Of a stretch of DNA of 64,000 bases, positions 10,047 to 20,922 are shown in pieces. Where the stretch lies: contig NZ_JAQIIX010000001.1 of assembly GCF_036946495.1 (NCBI RefSeq), positions 878,697 through 942,696 on the forward strand. The letters run 5' to 3'. Position 1 is the stretch's first letter. Each line of letters opens with the position of its first letter. The stretch is from Mycolicibacterium neoaurum. GTDB lineage: Bacteria > Actinomycetota > Actinomycetes > Mycobacteriales > Mycobacteriaceae. The notes under the pieces are model-generated. The model saw only the letters and a list, made by a program, of their open reading frames with translations. It was not told where the DNA came from and ran no database searches. The position numbers and the translations under genes were made by a program.

Positions 10047-10928
10047 CTACCCGGAGCGGTCCCGGGCTGCGGTCGCTCGATCCCGCAGCAGACGCGCGGC
10101 CGGACCGCTCATGTCTCGCCGCCACGCCCACACCAGTCGCCCGCGCAGCGCCGGATCGAGATCCACGGCGTGCAGGCCGGGGCGGTTGCGGGCCATCGAC
10201 TCGGGCAGGATCGCGACGCCCAGACCGTGCGCGCCCAGGTCGGCGAGTTCGAGCGGACTGGTCGCCTCGAATGCCACATTCGCGGTGATTCCCGCGTCGG
10301 CACAAGCATTGTCGAGACGCGTGCGCAATCCCGTCCCCACCGGCAGGGAGATCAGCCGGTGGTCGGACAGCTCAGCCACCGGCAACGTCGCGCGACCGGC
10401 CAGCGGATGGTGCGCGGCCACCGCCGCGACGACGGCCTCGTCGGTCACCGTGTGGACATCCAACCCGGGCGGATGCTCGTCGAGGCCCAGGGAGACGATG
10501 GCCAGATCGAGCCGCCCGTCGGCGAGCTTGTCCAACAGCGCATCGGAATTGTCGGTTGCCAAGGTGATTTCGACCGCCGGGTACTGCGCGTAGAAGTCCG
10601 CGATCAGTCCCGCGATATCCACCGGATGCAGTGTCACCGTGCCGATCGCAACCGCTCCCCGGATCAGGCCGGCGACCTCGTCGACCGCGCGCCGGGCCGC
10701 GCGCACGGCGGCCAGTGCCGCGCGCGCGTGCGGGAGCAGTGCGATACCGGCCTGGGTCAGCCGGACATCCCGGCTTGAGCGGATCAGCAGGGTCTGGCCC
10801 ATCTGGCGCTCCAACCGCCGGATCTGCGCGCTCACCGCCGGTTGCGCCACCCGCTCCCGCTCGGCGGCCCTGGTGAAACTGCGCTCCTCGGCCACCGCGA
10901 CGAAGTACTCCAGTTGGCGCAGTTCCAT
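10047..10928 (-). CDS. LysR-family transcriptional regulator
   Basis: N-terminal HTH MELRQLEYFVAVAEERSFTRAAERERVAQPAVSAQIRRLE plus a LysR substrate-binding domain. It is divergent from the monooxygenase gene across a 46-bp AT-rich spacer. Confidence 0.9.
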   Translation of the reverse strand: MELRQLEYFVAVAEERSFTRAAERERVAQPAVSAQIRRLERQMGQTLLIRSSRDVRLTQAGIALLPHARAALAAVRAARRAVDEVAGLIRGAVAIGTVTLHPVDIAGLIADFYAQYPAVEITLATDNSDALLDKLADGRLDLAIVSLGLDEHPPGLDVHTVTDEAVVAAVAAHHPLAGRATLPVAELSDHRLISLPVGTGLRTRLDNACADAGITANVAFEATSPLELADLGAHGLGVAILPESMARNRPGLHAVDLDPALRGRLVWAWRRDMSGPAARLLRDRATAARDRSG

Positions 10929-10974
10929 AAGCGCTGATTATAGATACCAGAGCAAACATGTATTGGAGTTATTC

Positions 10975-12135
10975 ATGCTTGCCACGCAGGGTGGTGACAT
11001 GAATATCGATATGGTGATAGCCGGGGCCGGGATCGGCGGCCTGACCGCCGCGTTGGCCCTGCACGCGCGCGGCGTCCGGACCGTCAACCTGGAACGCGTG
11101 CGGACGTTGCGCCCACTCGGCGTGGGGATCAATCTGCTCCCCCACGCGGTCCGGGAGCTGGACGAACTCGGGCTGGCCGCCGCGGTACGGAATATCGCGA
11201 TCGCACCGCATTCGATCGAGTTCTACGCCTCCTCCGGCGAGCTGCTGTTCCGCGAACCGCGCGGGCTGGCCGCCGGGGACAGCCACCCGCAACTGTCGGT
11301 TCATCGCGGGATGCTGCAGAAGCTGCTGCTCGATACCGTCACCGAGCGCATCGGCGATGGCGCGGTCCGGCCCGGAACCACAGTCACCGGGTTCGCCCAG
11401 AGCGCCGACGGCGTCGAGGTGCGCACCACGAACGGAAACATCTGCGGCGCAGCGCTGATCGGCGCGGACGGAATCAACTCGGCGGTACGCCGCGCCGTTC
11501 ATCCCGGCGCCGACCCCCTGATGTGGTCGGGTATCACGATGTTTCGCGGGGCCGCCGACATACCGGCATTTCTCGATGGCCAGACCATGGCGATCGTCAA
11601 GGGCGATGGCGGAGTCGATCTGGTGGCCTATCCGATCGGCGAGCGGTTGGTGAATTGGGTTCTGCAGGTGCCCACCGGATCTCCGGGCATGCTCGACGTT
11701 GACACACAGTGGAATTCGGCGATCGACGTAACGCAGGTGCGCAGGCATGTCGCGAGCTGGCGACTGAATCAGCTGGACCCGGTGGCGCTGATCGAAGCAA
11801 CCCGGCAGATCTACCAGTACCCCATGGTCGACCGGGAACCGTTGCCGCACTGGGGAACCGGACGGGTGACACTACTCGGAGACGCGGCCCACCCGATGTA
11901 TCCGGTCGGCGCCAACGGCGGATCCCAGTCCATCGTCGACGCCCGGGTGCTGGCCGACGAGTATGCCGCGAACGGGATCCCCGGGCTGCGCCGCTACGCC
12001 GAGCAGCGACTCCGCGAGACCGCCGCGGTGATCGTCGCCAACCGCGATATGCATCGCGCGCTGGGCCACACCACGGCCGATCTTCGCCGCATCACCGCCA
12101 CATATCGCCACGACACGGCAAGGAGTAACCACTGA
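10975..12135 (+). CDS. FAD-dependent (group A flavin) monooxygenase
   Basis: In-frame ATG at 10975 (or 10999) of ORF 10639..12135. It has the dinucleotide-binding motif DMVIAGAGIGGLTAALAL and the GDAAHPMYPVGANGGSQSIVDA motif. The ORF's 5' extension is antisense to the LysR gene. Confidence 0.85.
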   Translation: MLATQGGDMNIDMVIAGAGIGGLTAALALHARGVRTVNLERVRTLRPLGVGINLLPHAVRELDELGLAAAVRNIAIAPHSIEFYASSGELLFREPRGLAAGDSHPQLSVHRGMLQKLLLDTVTERIGDGAVRPGTTVTGFAQSADGVEVRTTNGNICGAALIGADGINSAVRRAVHPGADPLMWSGITMFRGAADIPAFLDGQTMAIVKGDGGVDLVAYPIGERLVNWVLQVPTGSPGMLDVDTQWNSAIDVTQVRRHVASWRLNQLDPVALIEATRQIYQYPMVDREPLPHWGTGRVTLLGDAAHPMYPVGANGGSQSIVDARVLADEYAANGIPGLRRYAEQRLRETAAVIVANRDMHRALGHTTADLRRITATYRHDTARSNH

Positions 12136-12806
12136 TGTCCACCTACGTGATGATTCCCGGAATGTGCCACGGCGCCTGGTGTTTCGACGATCTGGCAGCG
12201 ACACTGCGCGCCGACGGCCACCGTGTGCTGGCGGTGACGCTGACCGGTGTCGCCGAACGAGCCCACCTGTTGCCGGGCGGGGTCAACCTGGACACCCACA
12301 TCCTCGACGTCGTCGGTGCCATCGATGCGGATGCCTGCGGAGATGACGAACTCGTCCTGGTCGGGCACAGCTATGGCGGGATGGTGATCACCGGCGTCGC
12401 CGACCGCATCCCACACCGGGTGGCATCGCTGGTGTTCGTCGACGCGGTGGTCCCCCACGACGGTGAATCCTGCTGGGATCTGGTCAACGAGGAGGAACGT
12501 CGGTGGTACGTCGGCGTCGATGCCACCGGTTTCGGGGTCCCACCGATGCCGTTCTTCGACAACCGCGCGACCGCGCACCCGTTGGCCACCGTCCTGCAGC
12601 CGCTGCGACTCGACGGTGATCTGAACCGGTTTCGTCGGCGGGTGTTCGTGTACGCGTTGGGCTGGCCTGGTGATTCGCCGTTGCGGCCCTCCTACGAACG
12701 GGTGCGCGACGATCCGAGCTGGGTAGTCCACGAACTCGACGGCAAACACAACCTCATGCGCGACAATCCCGACGATCTGCTACGCATCCTGCTGAGCTCG
12801 AACTGA
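12135..12806 (+). CDS. alpha/beta hydrolase (esterase-like)
   Basis: Nucleophile elbow LVGHSYGG. The ATG overlaps the stop of the monooxygenase gene (CTGATG), which suggests an operon. Confidence 0.8.
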   Translation: MSTYVMIPGMCHGAWCFDDLAATLRADGHRVLAVTLTGVAERAHLLPGGVNLDTHILDVVGAIDADACGDDELVLVGHSYGGMVITGVADRIPHRVASLVFVDAVVPHDGESCWDLVNEEERRWYVGVDATGFGVPPMPFFDNRATAHPLATVLQPLRLDGDLNRFRRRVFVYALGWPGDSPLRPSYERVRDDPSWVVHELDGKHNLMRDNPDDLLRILLSSN

Positions 12807-12856
12807 GAACTGCAACACGTTTCAGTTTTGGGCTCGATCTGGGTATTCTGACGTCC

Positions 12857-13297
12857 GTGCCAGCAGCATCGACAGCTCCCGCGGTGGAAGGGTGGTTCGC
12901 CACCGATGAGTCCGGGGCCACGCATCTGATCGGCGGTAAGTGCACCGCGTGTGCCACCTATGTCTTCCCACCCCGGGAAAACAACTGCCCCAACCCCGGC
13001 TGCGACAGCGACACCCTGGACCTGGTGCCGTTGTCCCGGCGCGGCACCGTATGGAGCTACACCGAAAACCGCTACGCACCACCGCCGCCCTATCCCTGCC
13101 CCGACCCGTTCGAACCCTTCGCCGTCGCCGCAGTCGAACTCGCCGACGAAGGCCTCATCGTGCTCGGCAAAGTCGTCGAAGGCACCCTGGCCGCCGACCT
13201 GAACGTCGGAATGGAAATGGAACTGACCACCATGACCCTCTACACCGACGACGACGGCACACAACGCACCACCCACGCCTGGAGGATCGCTCGATAA
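12857..13297 (+). CDS. Zn-ribbon/OB-fold protein (DUF35 family, Rv1628c-like)
   Basis: CTAC...CPNPGC zinc-ribbon cysteines followed by OB-fold-type sequence. The TAATG junction overlaps the downstream thiolase-like gene, the classic DUF35 plus thiolase pairing. Confidence 0.85.
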   Translation: MPAASTAPAVEGWFATDESGATHLIGGKCTACATYVFPPRENNCPNPGCDSDTLDLVPLSRRGTVWSYTENRYAPPPPYPCPDPFEPFAVAAVELADEGLIVLGKVVEGTLAADLNVGMEMELTTMTLYTDDDGTQRTTHAWRIAR

Positions 13298-14496
13298 TGG
13301 CACCGGAACCGGTCTACATCCTCGGCGCAGGCATGCACCCCTGGGGCAAATGGGGACGCGACTTCACCGAATACGGCGTCATCGCCGCCCGCGCCGCCCT
13401 CGCCGAAGCCGGCCTGGACTGGCAACACATCCAACTCGTCGCCGGCGCGGACACCATCCGCAACGGCTACCCCGGCTTCGTCGCCGGGGCCACCTTCACC
13501 CAAAAACTCGGCTGGAACGGCATCCCCATCACCTCCAGCTACGCCGCCTGCGCCTCCGGATCCCAAGCCCTGCAATCCGCCCGCGCCCACATCCTGGCCG
13601 GCCTCTGCGACGTCGCCCTGGTCATCGGCGCCGACACCACCCCCAAAGGCTTCTTCGCCCCCGTCGGCGGCGAACGCAAAAACGACCCCGACTGGCAACG
13701 CTTCCACCTCATCGGCGCCACCAACACCGTCTACTTCGCCCTACTCGCCCGACGCCGCATGGACCTCTACGGCGCCACCGTCGAAGACTTCGCAGGCGTC
13801 AAGGTCAAAAACGCCCGCCACGGCCTGAACAACCCCAACGCCCGCTACCGCAAAGAAGCCACCGTCGACGACGTCCTGGCCTCCCCGGTCGTCTCCGACC
13901 CACTGCGACTGCTCGACATCTGCGCCACCAGCGACGGCGCCGCCGCCCTCATCGTCGCCTCCAAAAAATTCACCGAAAAACACCTCGGCACCACCGCCGG
14001 GGTCCCCTCAGTACGCGCGGTCAGCCTGCAATCCCCCCAATACCCCCAACACCTACCCGAACTACCCGACATCGCCACCGACTCCACCGCCGTGGTCCCC
14101 GGACCCGACCGCGTCTTCAAAGACCAAATCCTCGACGCCGCCTACACCGAAGCCGGCATCGGCCCCGAGGACCTCTCCCTGGCCGAGGTCTACGACCTGT
14201 CCACCGCACTAGAACTCGACTGGTACGAACACCTCGGACTCTGCCCACGCGGCGAAGCCGAACACCTGCTGCGCACCGGAGCCACCACCATCGGCGGCCG
14301 CATCCCGGTCAACGCCTCCGGCGGCCTGGCCTCCTTCGGCGAAGCCATCCCCGCCCAAGCCATCGCCCAAATCTGCGAACTCACCTGGCAACTCAAAGGC
14401 CAAGCCACCGGCCGCCAAGTCCAAGGCGCCACCGTCGGCATCACCGCCAACCAAGGCCTCTTCGGCCACGGCTCCTCGGTCATCATCGCCATGTAA
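13297..14496 (+). CDS. thiolase-like nonspecific lipid-transfer protein (Rv1627c-like)
   Basis: ATG at 13297 in ORF 12940..14496 gives MAPEPVYILGAGMHPWGKWGRDF. The active-site Cys context is SSYAACASGSQAL, and there is a C-terminal NASGGL motif. Confidence 0.9.
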   Translation: MAPEPVYILGAGMHPWGKWGRDFTEYGVIAARAALAEAGLDWQHIQLVAGADTIRNGYPGFVAGATFTQKLGWNGIPITSSYAACASGSQALQSARAHILAGLCDVALVIGADTTPKGFFAPVGGERKNDPDWQRFHLIGATNTVYFALLARRRMDLYGATVEDFAGVKVKNARHGLNNPNARYRKEATVDDVLASPVVSDPLRLLDICATSDGAAALIVASKKFTEKHLGTTAGVPSVRAVSLQSPQYPQHLPELPDIATDSTAVVPGPDRVFKDQILDAAYTEAGIGPEDLSLAEVYDLSTALELDWYEHLGLCPRGEAEHLLRTGATTIGGRIPVNASGGLASFGEAIPAQAIAQICELTWQLKGQATGRQVQGATVGITANQGLFGHGSSVIIAM

Positions 14497-14548
14497 CACC
14501 CCACCCCGGGCCCCGACACCACTGCACGCACACTCGCGCGATGATGGT

Positions 14549-14779
14549 GTGGTGAGCGAAAGCGTCGTCGTGCGTGTCAAACCCGGTAGCCGCAAGGGTC
14601 CGCTCGTCGAGGTCGGTGACGACGGGGAGCTGACCGTCTATGTGCCCGAGCGTGCGGTGGACGGAAAGGCCAACGAGGCCGTCACCAAGCTGCTCGCCGC
14701 CCATCTGGGGGTACCGCGCAGTCGGCTGGAGCTGGTGTCCGGGGCAACCGCGCGGGTGAAGCGATACCGCATCGCCTGA
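14549..14779 (+). CDS. DUF167 (YggU-like) protein
   Basis: 76 aa. VVVRVKPGSRKGPLVE...VPERAVDGKANEAVTKLLAAHLGVPRSRLELVSGATARVKRYRI matches the DUF167 pattern. Confidence 0.8.
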   Translation: MVSESVVVRVKPGSRKGPLVEVGDDGELTVYVPERAVDGKANEAVTKLLAAHLGVPRSRLELVSGATARVKRYRIA

Positions 14780-14790
14780 CGTGAAGGCAC

Positions 14791-15523
<733 letters not shown>

Positions 15524-15540
<17 letters not shown>

Positions 15541-16371
15541 CGGGCACTCCCAGGTAGGCGGCGATGACCGCGGGGTCCTCGCGGATTTCGGCGGGCAGGC
15601 CGTCGGCGATCTTGCGACCGAACTCCAGCACCACGATGCGGTCGGTCACCCCCATCACCAGCCGCATATCGTGTTCTATCAACAACACGGTGTACCCGTC
15701 ATCGCGGATCTTGCGGATCAGCTCGATCAGGGCCGACTTCTCGCTGGGGTTGAATCCGGCCGCGGGTTCGTCGAGGCACAGCAGCTTCGGTTCGGTGGCC
15801 AGCGCCCTGGCGATCTCCAGGCGACGCTGATCGCCGTAGGGCAGGTTCTTCGCCTTCTCCTCACCGCGATGGGCGATACCGACGAAATGCAGCAGCGCCG
15901 CCGAGCGTTCGATGGCCGACTTCTCTTCGCGGCGATGCCGATTGGACCGGAACAGAGCACCGGGGACCGAGGTGTGGTGACGCGCATCGGTGCCCACCAT
16001 GACGTTCTCCAGCGCCGTCATCTCACCGAACAGCCGGATGTTCTGGAACGTGCGGGCGATGCCGAGGCGGGTGATCTGGTGGCGTTTGACACGCCCGATC
16101 GGTGAGCCGTCGAAGGTCACCGAGCCCGAACTGGGCCGGTATACCCCGGTGATGGCGTTGAAGCAGGTGGTCTTTCCCGCACCGTTGGGCCCGATGAGGC
16201 CCAGGATCTCACCGCGCTTGATGTTGAACGTCACCGCGTCCAGGGCGGTCAGGCCACCGAACTTGACCGTGAGGTCATCGGTCTGCAGGAGGATGTCACC
16301 CCGATCTGCCTGGATCTCACGGTGCACGCCGGCGATCTCGGCGACGTTGTCCTCGAAGTTCTCCGGCCCGC

Positions 16372-16375
<4 letters not shown>
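15524..16375 (-). CDS. livG: branched-chain amino-acid ABC transporter ATP-binding protein
   Basis: ATG at 16375 inside ORF 15524..17611 gives MSGPENFEDNV...LTVKFGGLTALDAV. It has Walker A GPNGAGKTT and the LPYGDQRRLEIARAL motif. An ATGA junction overlaps the upstream permease stop. Confidence 0.9.
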
Positions 16376-17522
<1,147 letters not shown>

Positions 17523-17526
<4 letters not shown>

Positions 17527-18533
17527 ACGCGTGCCTTTCCGAGGCTCTCCCCCAGGATGCCGGTCGGTCTGACCAACAACACCAGCACGAGCAGCACGAA
17601 GGCCACCACATCGCGCCACTGGGTACCGAAGACGGCCTGCCCGTAGTTCTCCATCACCCCGAGCAACAGCCCGCCGAGCAGCGCGCCGCGCAGATTACCG
17701 ATACCGCCGAGCACCGCCGCCGAGAAGGCCTTGATGCCCAGCAGGAATCCGCCGGAGTAGATGATGCCTTGGGGCACCTTCAACGTGTACAGCAAGGCCG
17801 CGGCGCCGGCGAGCAGGCCACCGATCAGGAAGGTCGTCATGATGACCCGCTCCCGCGAAACCCCCATCAGGGTGGCGGTATTGGGATCCTGCGCGACGGC
17901 GCGCACCCCGCGTCCCAGCTTGGTCCGATTCAGCGCCAGATCGGTGAGCAGCGCCAACACCAGCGCCGCACCGATGATGACGATCGTGGTGTTGGAGATC
18001 GCCACCCCGAAGATCTCGAACTGAGTTCTCGGCTGCACCAACACAATCGGCTGTTGGGCATTGGGGCCGCCATAGCCGGGGATCAACGTGGGCAGGATGA
18101 ACAGCACGAACTGCTGCAGGACGAACGACATGCCGATGGCGGTGATGAGGAAGGTCAGTGCGCGGGCGTTGCGCTTGCGCAGTGGACGGTAGGCGATGAA
18201 CTCCAACCCCACCGCCGCGCCGCCGGAGACCAGCATGGCGAACAGCATGGCCACGCCCAGGTACAGGATCGTCAGCGCGATGCCCTTGTTGTAGGCATTA
18301 CCGCTGGGGGTGAAACCCAGGATGACGTCCAGGGCGAAGTAGGCCCCGAACATCCCCAGCATGAAGATCTCGGAATGCGCGAAGTTGATCAGTCGCAGAA
18401 CGCCGAAGACGAGCGTGTAGCCGACGGCGACCAGCGCATAGATCGCGCCCCACGACAGGCCGTCGACCGTCAACTGCCAGAAGCTGTCGACCAGCGCACC
18501 GACGTTGAAATTGATGTTGGCGGCCTGATTCAT
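17523..18533 (-). CDS. livH: branched-chain amino-acid ABC transporter permease
   Basis: 336-aa multi-TM protein of LivH type (AIYALVAVGYTLVFGVLRLINFAHSEIFMLG). Confidence 0.85.
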
Positions 18534-18633
18534 CCGGGACTGGGCTCCTCAGTGTGTCGTGGGCTCGGGATGGTCCGAGACGAACGAAGCGCGTCCGAGG
18601 GCATGCGCTCCCGGACGCGCTTCGCGTCGACGA

Positions 18634-19845
18634 TTACTGGACGTCGTACACCCAGATCAGCGTGGTGGTGAGCTCACCCACCGGCGTCCACTGGTATTCG
18701 CGGGCGACACCCTGGCCCTTGTAGTTGCGCACATAGTCCAGCAGGGCCGGCCTGGTGATGGCACCGGAGTCGATGCCCTTGAGCATGATGGTGCCCAGGT
18801 CATAACCCTCGGTGCTGTACGTACCGGGCTCCTGCCCGAACTTGTCGGTGTACTCCTGGGCGAAGCTGCCGGTGGCCGGGCCGCACGGGCAGGCCAGCAG
18901 CGCGCCCTTGGACGACTCGCCTGCCTGCTTGACGAACTCGTTGTCCTTGCTGCCGTCGGCACTGGCGAAGGTGCCACCGAAGCCGCTGTCACGCAGCTGC
19001 TGCACCAGCGGCGCGGCCTCCGCGTAGTACCCTCCGAAGAACACCGAATCCGGTGCCGCACCGTTGATCTGGGTCACCGCGGCCGAGAAGTCCTTATCGC
19101 CCTTCTTGACCGAGATGTTGCAGGCCGGATCGGCGACCGGGCCCAGCGTGTCGCGCACCGCGGTGGCCAGGCCCAGGCCGTAGTCGGTGCTGTCGTCGAC
19201 GACGCAGACCTTCTTGTGGCCCAGCGTGTTCTTCAGGTAGTTGGCCACCGAGGGGCCCTGGACGCCGTCGTTGGCCAGGCCGCGGAAGAAGGTCTTCCAG
19301 CCGTTCTCCGAAAGCGTGACGTTGGTGGCCGATGCGGTGACCGCGGCCAGACCCGCCTGGTCGAAGACGCCGCCGGTGGCCTTGGTCTCCCCGGAGAAGG
19401 CCGGCCCGATCAGACCGATCGTGTACTGGTCCTCGATGATGCGCGGGGCGATGTTCGACGCCTTCTGCGGATCGCCCTCGGTGTCGAAGGTCTTCAGCTG
19501 GACCTGGCAACCGGGGTTGGCGGCGTTGTGCTTGTCGACGGCGAGCTGGACACCGTTGCGGATATTGATGCCCAGCGCAGCGTCCGGACCGTTGAGCGCA
19601 CCGGCCATCGCGAGCGACACCGGCGGGCAGGTCGCCTTGCCGTCCCCGGCGGGATCGGCTGGGGTTGCGCCGGCTGCGGCCGCGACTTCACCGCCGTTCT
19701 CATCGATCTGGACCTTCTCGACGATCTTGAGATTCGTCTGAGCCGCCTCCTCTTCGGGTGTGCTCTGACTGCAGCCGGCAATAGCCAGCGCCATCAGACC
19801 CGCCCCGCCGAGCGCAAATGCCTTGCGTGCCACGTGACCGCGCAC
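18634..19845 (-). CDS. ABC transporter substrate-binding lipoprotein (Leu/Ile/Val-binding family)
   Basis: Lipobox LAIAGCS and a type I periplasmic binding-protein fold. A GGAGG Shine-Dalgarno lies just upstream of the GTG at 19845. It is the first gene of the liv-type operon. Confidence 0.85.
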   Translation of the reverse strand: MRGHVARKAFALGGAGLMALAIAGCSQSTPEEEAAQTNLKIVEKVQIDENGGEVAAAAGATPADPAGDGKATCPPVSLAMAGALNGPDAALGINIRNGVQLAVDKHNAANPGCQVQLKTFDTEGDPQKASNIAPRIIEDQYTIGLIGPAFSGETKATGGVFDQAGLAAVTASATNVTLSENGWKTFFRGLANDGVQGPSVANYLKNTLGHKKVCVVDDSTDYGLGLATAVRDTLGPVADPACNISVKKGDKDFSAAVTQINGAAPDSVFFGGYYAEAAPLVQQLRDSGFGGTFASADGSKDNEFVKQAGESSKGALLACPCGPATGSFAQEYTDKFGQEPGTYSTEGYDLGTIMLKGIDSGAITRPALLDYVRNYKGQGVAREYQWTPVGELTTTLIWVYDVQ

Positions 19846-20050
19846 GTCTCACCTCCGGTTCCCTGTTCTCCGTCAGGCATCTTCGGACCGGCCGGAACAG
19901 CCGGATCTGGCGATGCTTCGCCGACGACCTTATCCACTACATCGCCGTATCGCGTGCTGTTCGGCGACGTGTGGCGCGGATCGGCTCGGCGAGAAGCCCA
20001 AAGAGCGGGGTCGGAAACGCAGTCTTAACCGATGGTGTCGCGCGGAGGCG

Positions 20051-20668
20051 TCACTTCTGGGGTTCGGCGGATTCCTCGCCGGGGGCGCCCAGCGTCTCCA
20101 GCACCACCTCGGCCACGCGTTTCATGGTGGTTCGCCGATCCATGGCGGCCCGCTGGATCCATTTGAAGGCCTCGGGCTCGGTCATCCCCTGGTTGGCCTG
20201 CAACAGCCCCTTGGCGCGTTCGACGAGCTTGCGCGTCTCCAGTCGCTCCGAGAGCGTGGCCACCTCGTTCTCCAGCGCCGAGATCTCACTGAACCGGCTG
20301 ACGGCCAGTTCGATCGCCGGGATCAGGTCGGTGATGGAGAACGGCTTGACCAGATAGGCCATCGCGCCCGCGTCGCGGGCCCGTTCGACAAGCTCGCGCT
20401 GGGAGAAGGCCGTCAGGATGACGATCGGCGCAATCCGTTTGGCGGCGATCTCGGAGGCGGCGTCGATACCGTCGCGACGCGGCATCTTCACATCCATGAT
20501 CACCAGGTCCGGGGTCAGGCTCTCGGCGAGGTCGACGGCCTCCTGACCGTCGCCGGCCTGGCCCACCACCTCATAACCTTCGTCACGCAGCATCTCGGCG
20601 AGGTCCATCCGGATCAACGCTTCGTCTTCGGCGATCAGCACGCGGCGCGCGGCGGAGGCTTCGGTCAT
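20051..20668 (-). CDS. pdtaR: ANTAR-domain response regulator
   Basis: ATG at 20668 in ORF 20051..20770 gives a 205-aa protein. It has a receiver domain (RRVLIAEDEALIRMDLAEML, VIMDVKMP) and an ANTAR C-terminus (LETRKLVERAKGLLQ...EAFKWIQRAAMDRRTTMKRVAEVV). Confidence 0.9.
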   Translation of the reverse strand: MTEASAARRVLIAEDEALIRMDLAEMLRDEGYEVVGQAGDGQEAVDLAESLTPDLVIMDVKMPRRDGIDAASEIAAKRIAPIVILTAFSQRELVERARDAGAMAYLVKPFSITDLIPAIELAVSRFSEISALENEVATLSERLETRKLVERAKGLLQANQGMTEPEAFKWIQRAAMDRRTTMKRVAEVVLETLGAPGEESAEPQK

Positions 20669-20800
20669 GGATGCCATCATGGCTGACATTGTGTCGCGAT
20701 TGCCGACATCGGGCGACCGCGGGGTGAACAAGGCCCAGCCGGTCCCTGCGGTCAAGGCACCCGCACGCATCCCTTAAGGTGGAAGACCGCAGGAACACTC

Positions 20801-20877
20801 GCCCTCGTATCCCAACTGGCAGAGGAAACGGATTCAAAACCCGTGCAGTGTGAGTTCGAATCTCACCGAGGGCACCA
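20801..20877 (+). tRNA. tRNA gene with encoded CCA; my cloverleaf reads anticodon CAA (Leu) but on a class I, short-variable-loop body
   Basis: Acceptor stem GCCCTCG/CGAGGGC, D-loop AACTGGCAG, T-arm GTGAG-TTCGAAT-CTCAC, discriminator A and CCA. The anticodon arm is ACGGA-TTCAAAA-CCCGT, with one A.C mismatch closing the loop. The last 25 nt are the attachment core of the integrated element. Confidence 0.8.
20853..20877 (+). repeat. attL core (3' end of the tRNA)
   Basis: Identical 25-mer to 36365-36389. Confidence 0.9.
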
Positions 20878-20922
20878 AGCAGTAATCGGCATCGCCGCTG
20901 GTACAGGTTGTTTACCGGCGGG

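Noticed and set aside
10639-10974. N-terminal 112-aa extension of the monooxygenase ORF
   Set aside because: It overlaps the LysR gene on the opposite strand and is Arg/Ala/Ser-rich. The Rossmann motif lies right after the ATG at 10975/10999, which follows an AT-rich promoter-like spacer.
12940-14555. Long 5' extension of the thiolase ORF, and the 401-aa Pro/Arg-rich ORF 13350-14555
   Set aside because: The extension overlaps the DUF35 gene out of frame. The TAATG junction at 13295-13299 gives the canonical coupled start. The 401-aa ORF is an alternative frame with nonsense-like PRR/HRR repeats.
19846-20050. Canonical ANTAR dual-hexaloop target in the pdtaR-liv spacer
   Set aside because: I folded the minus-strand transcript by eye. 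I found only generic hairpins (a tetraloop GGCGA-agca-TCGCC, a 4-bp CCGG stem and a long imperfect stem), none with paired hexaloops. It is kept only as a low-interest positional hint.
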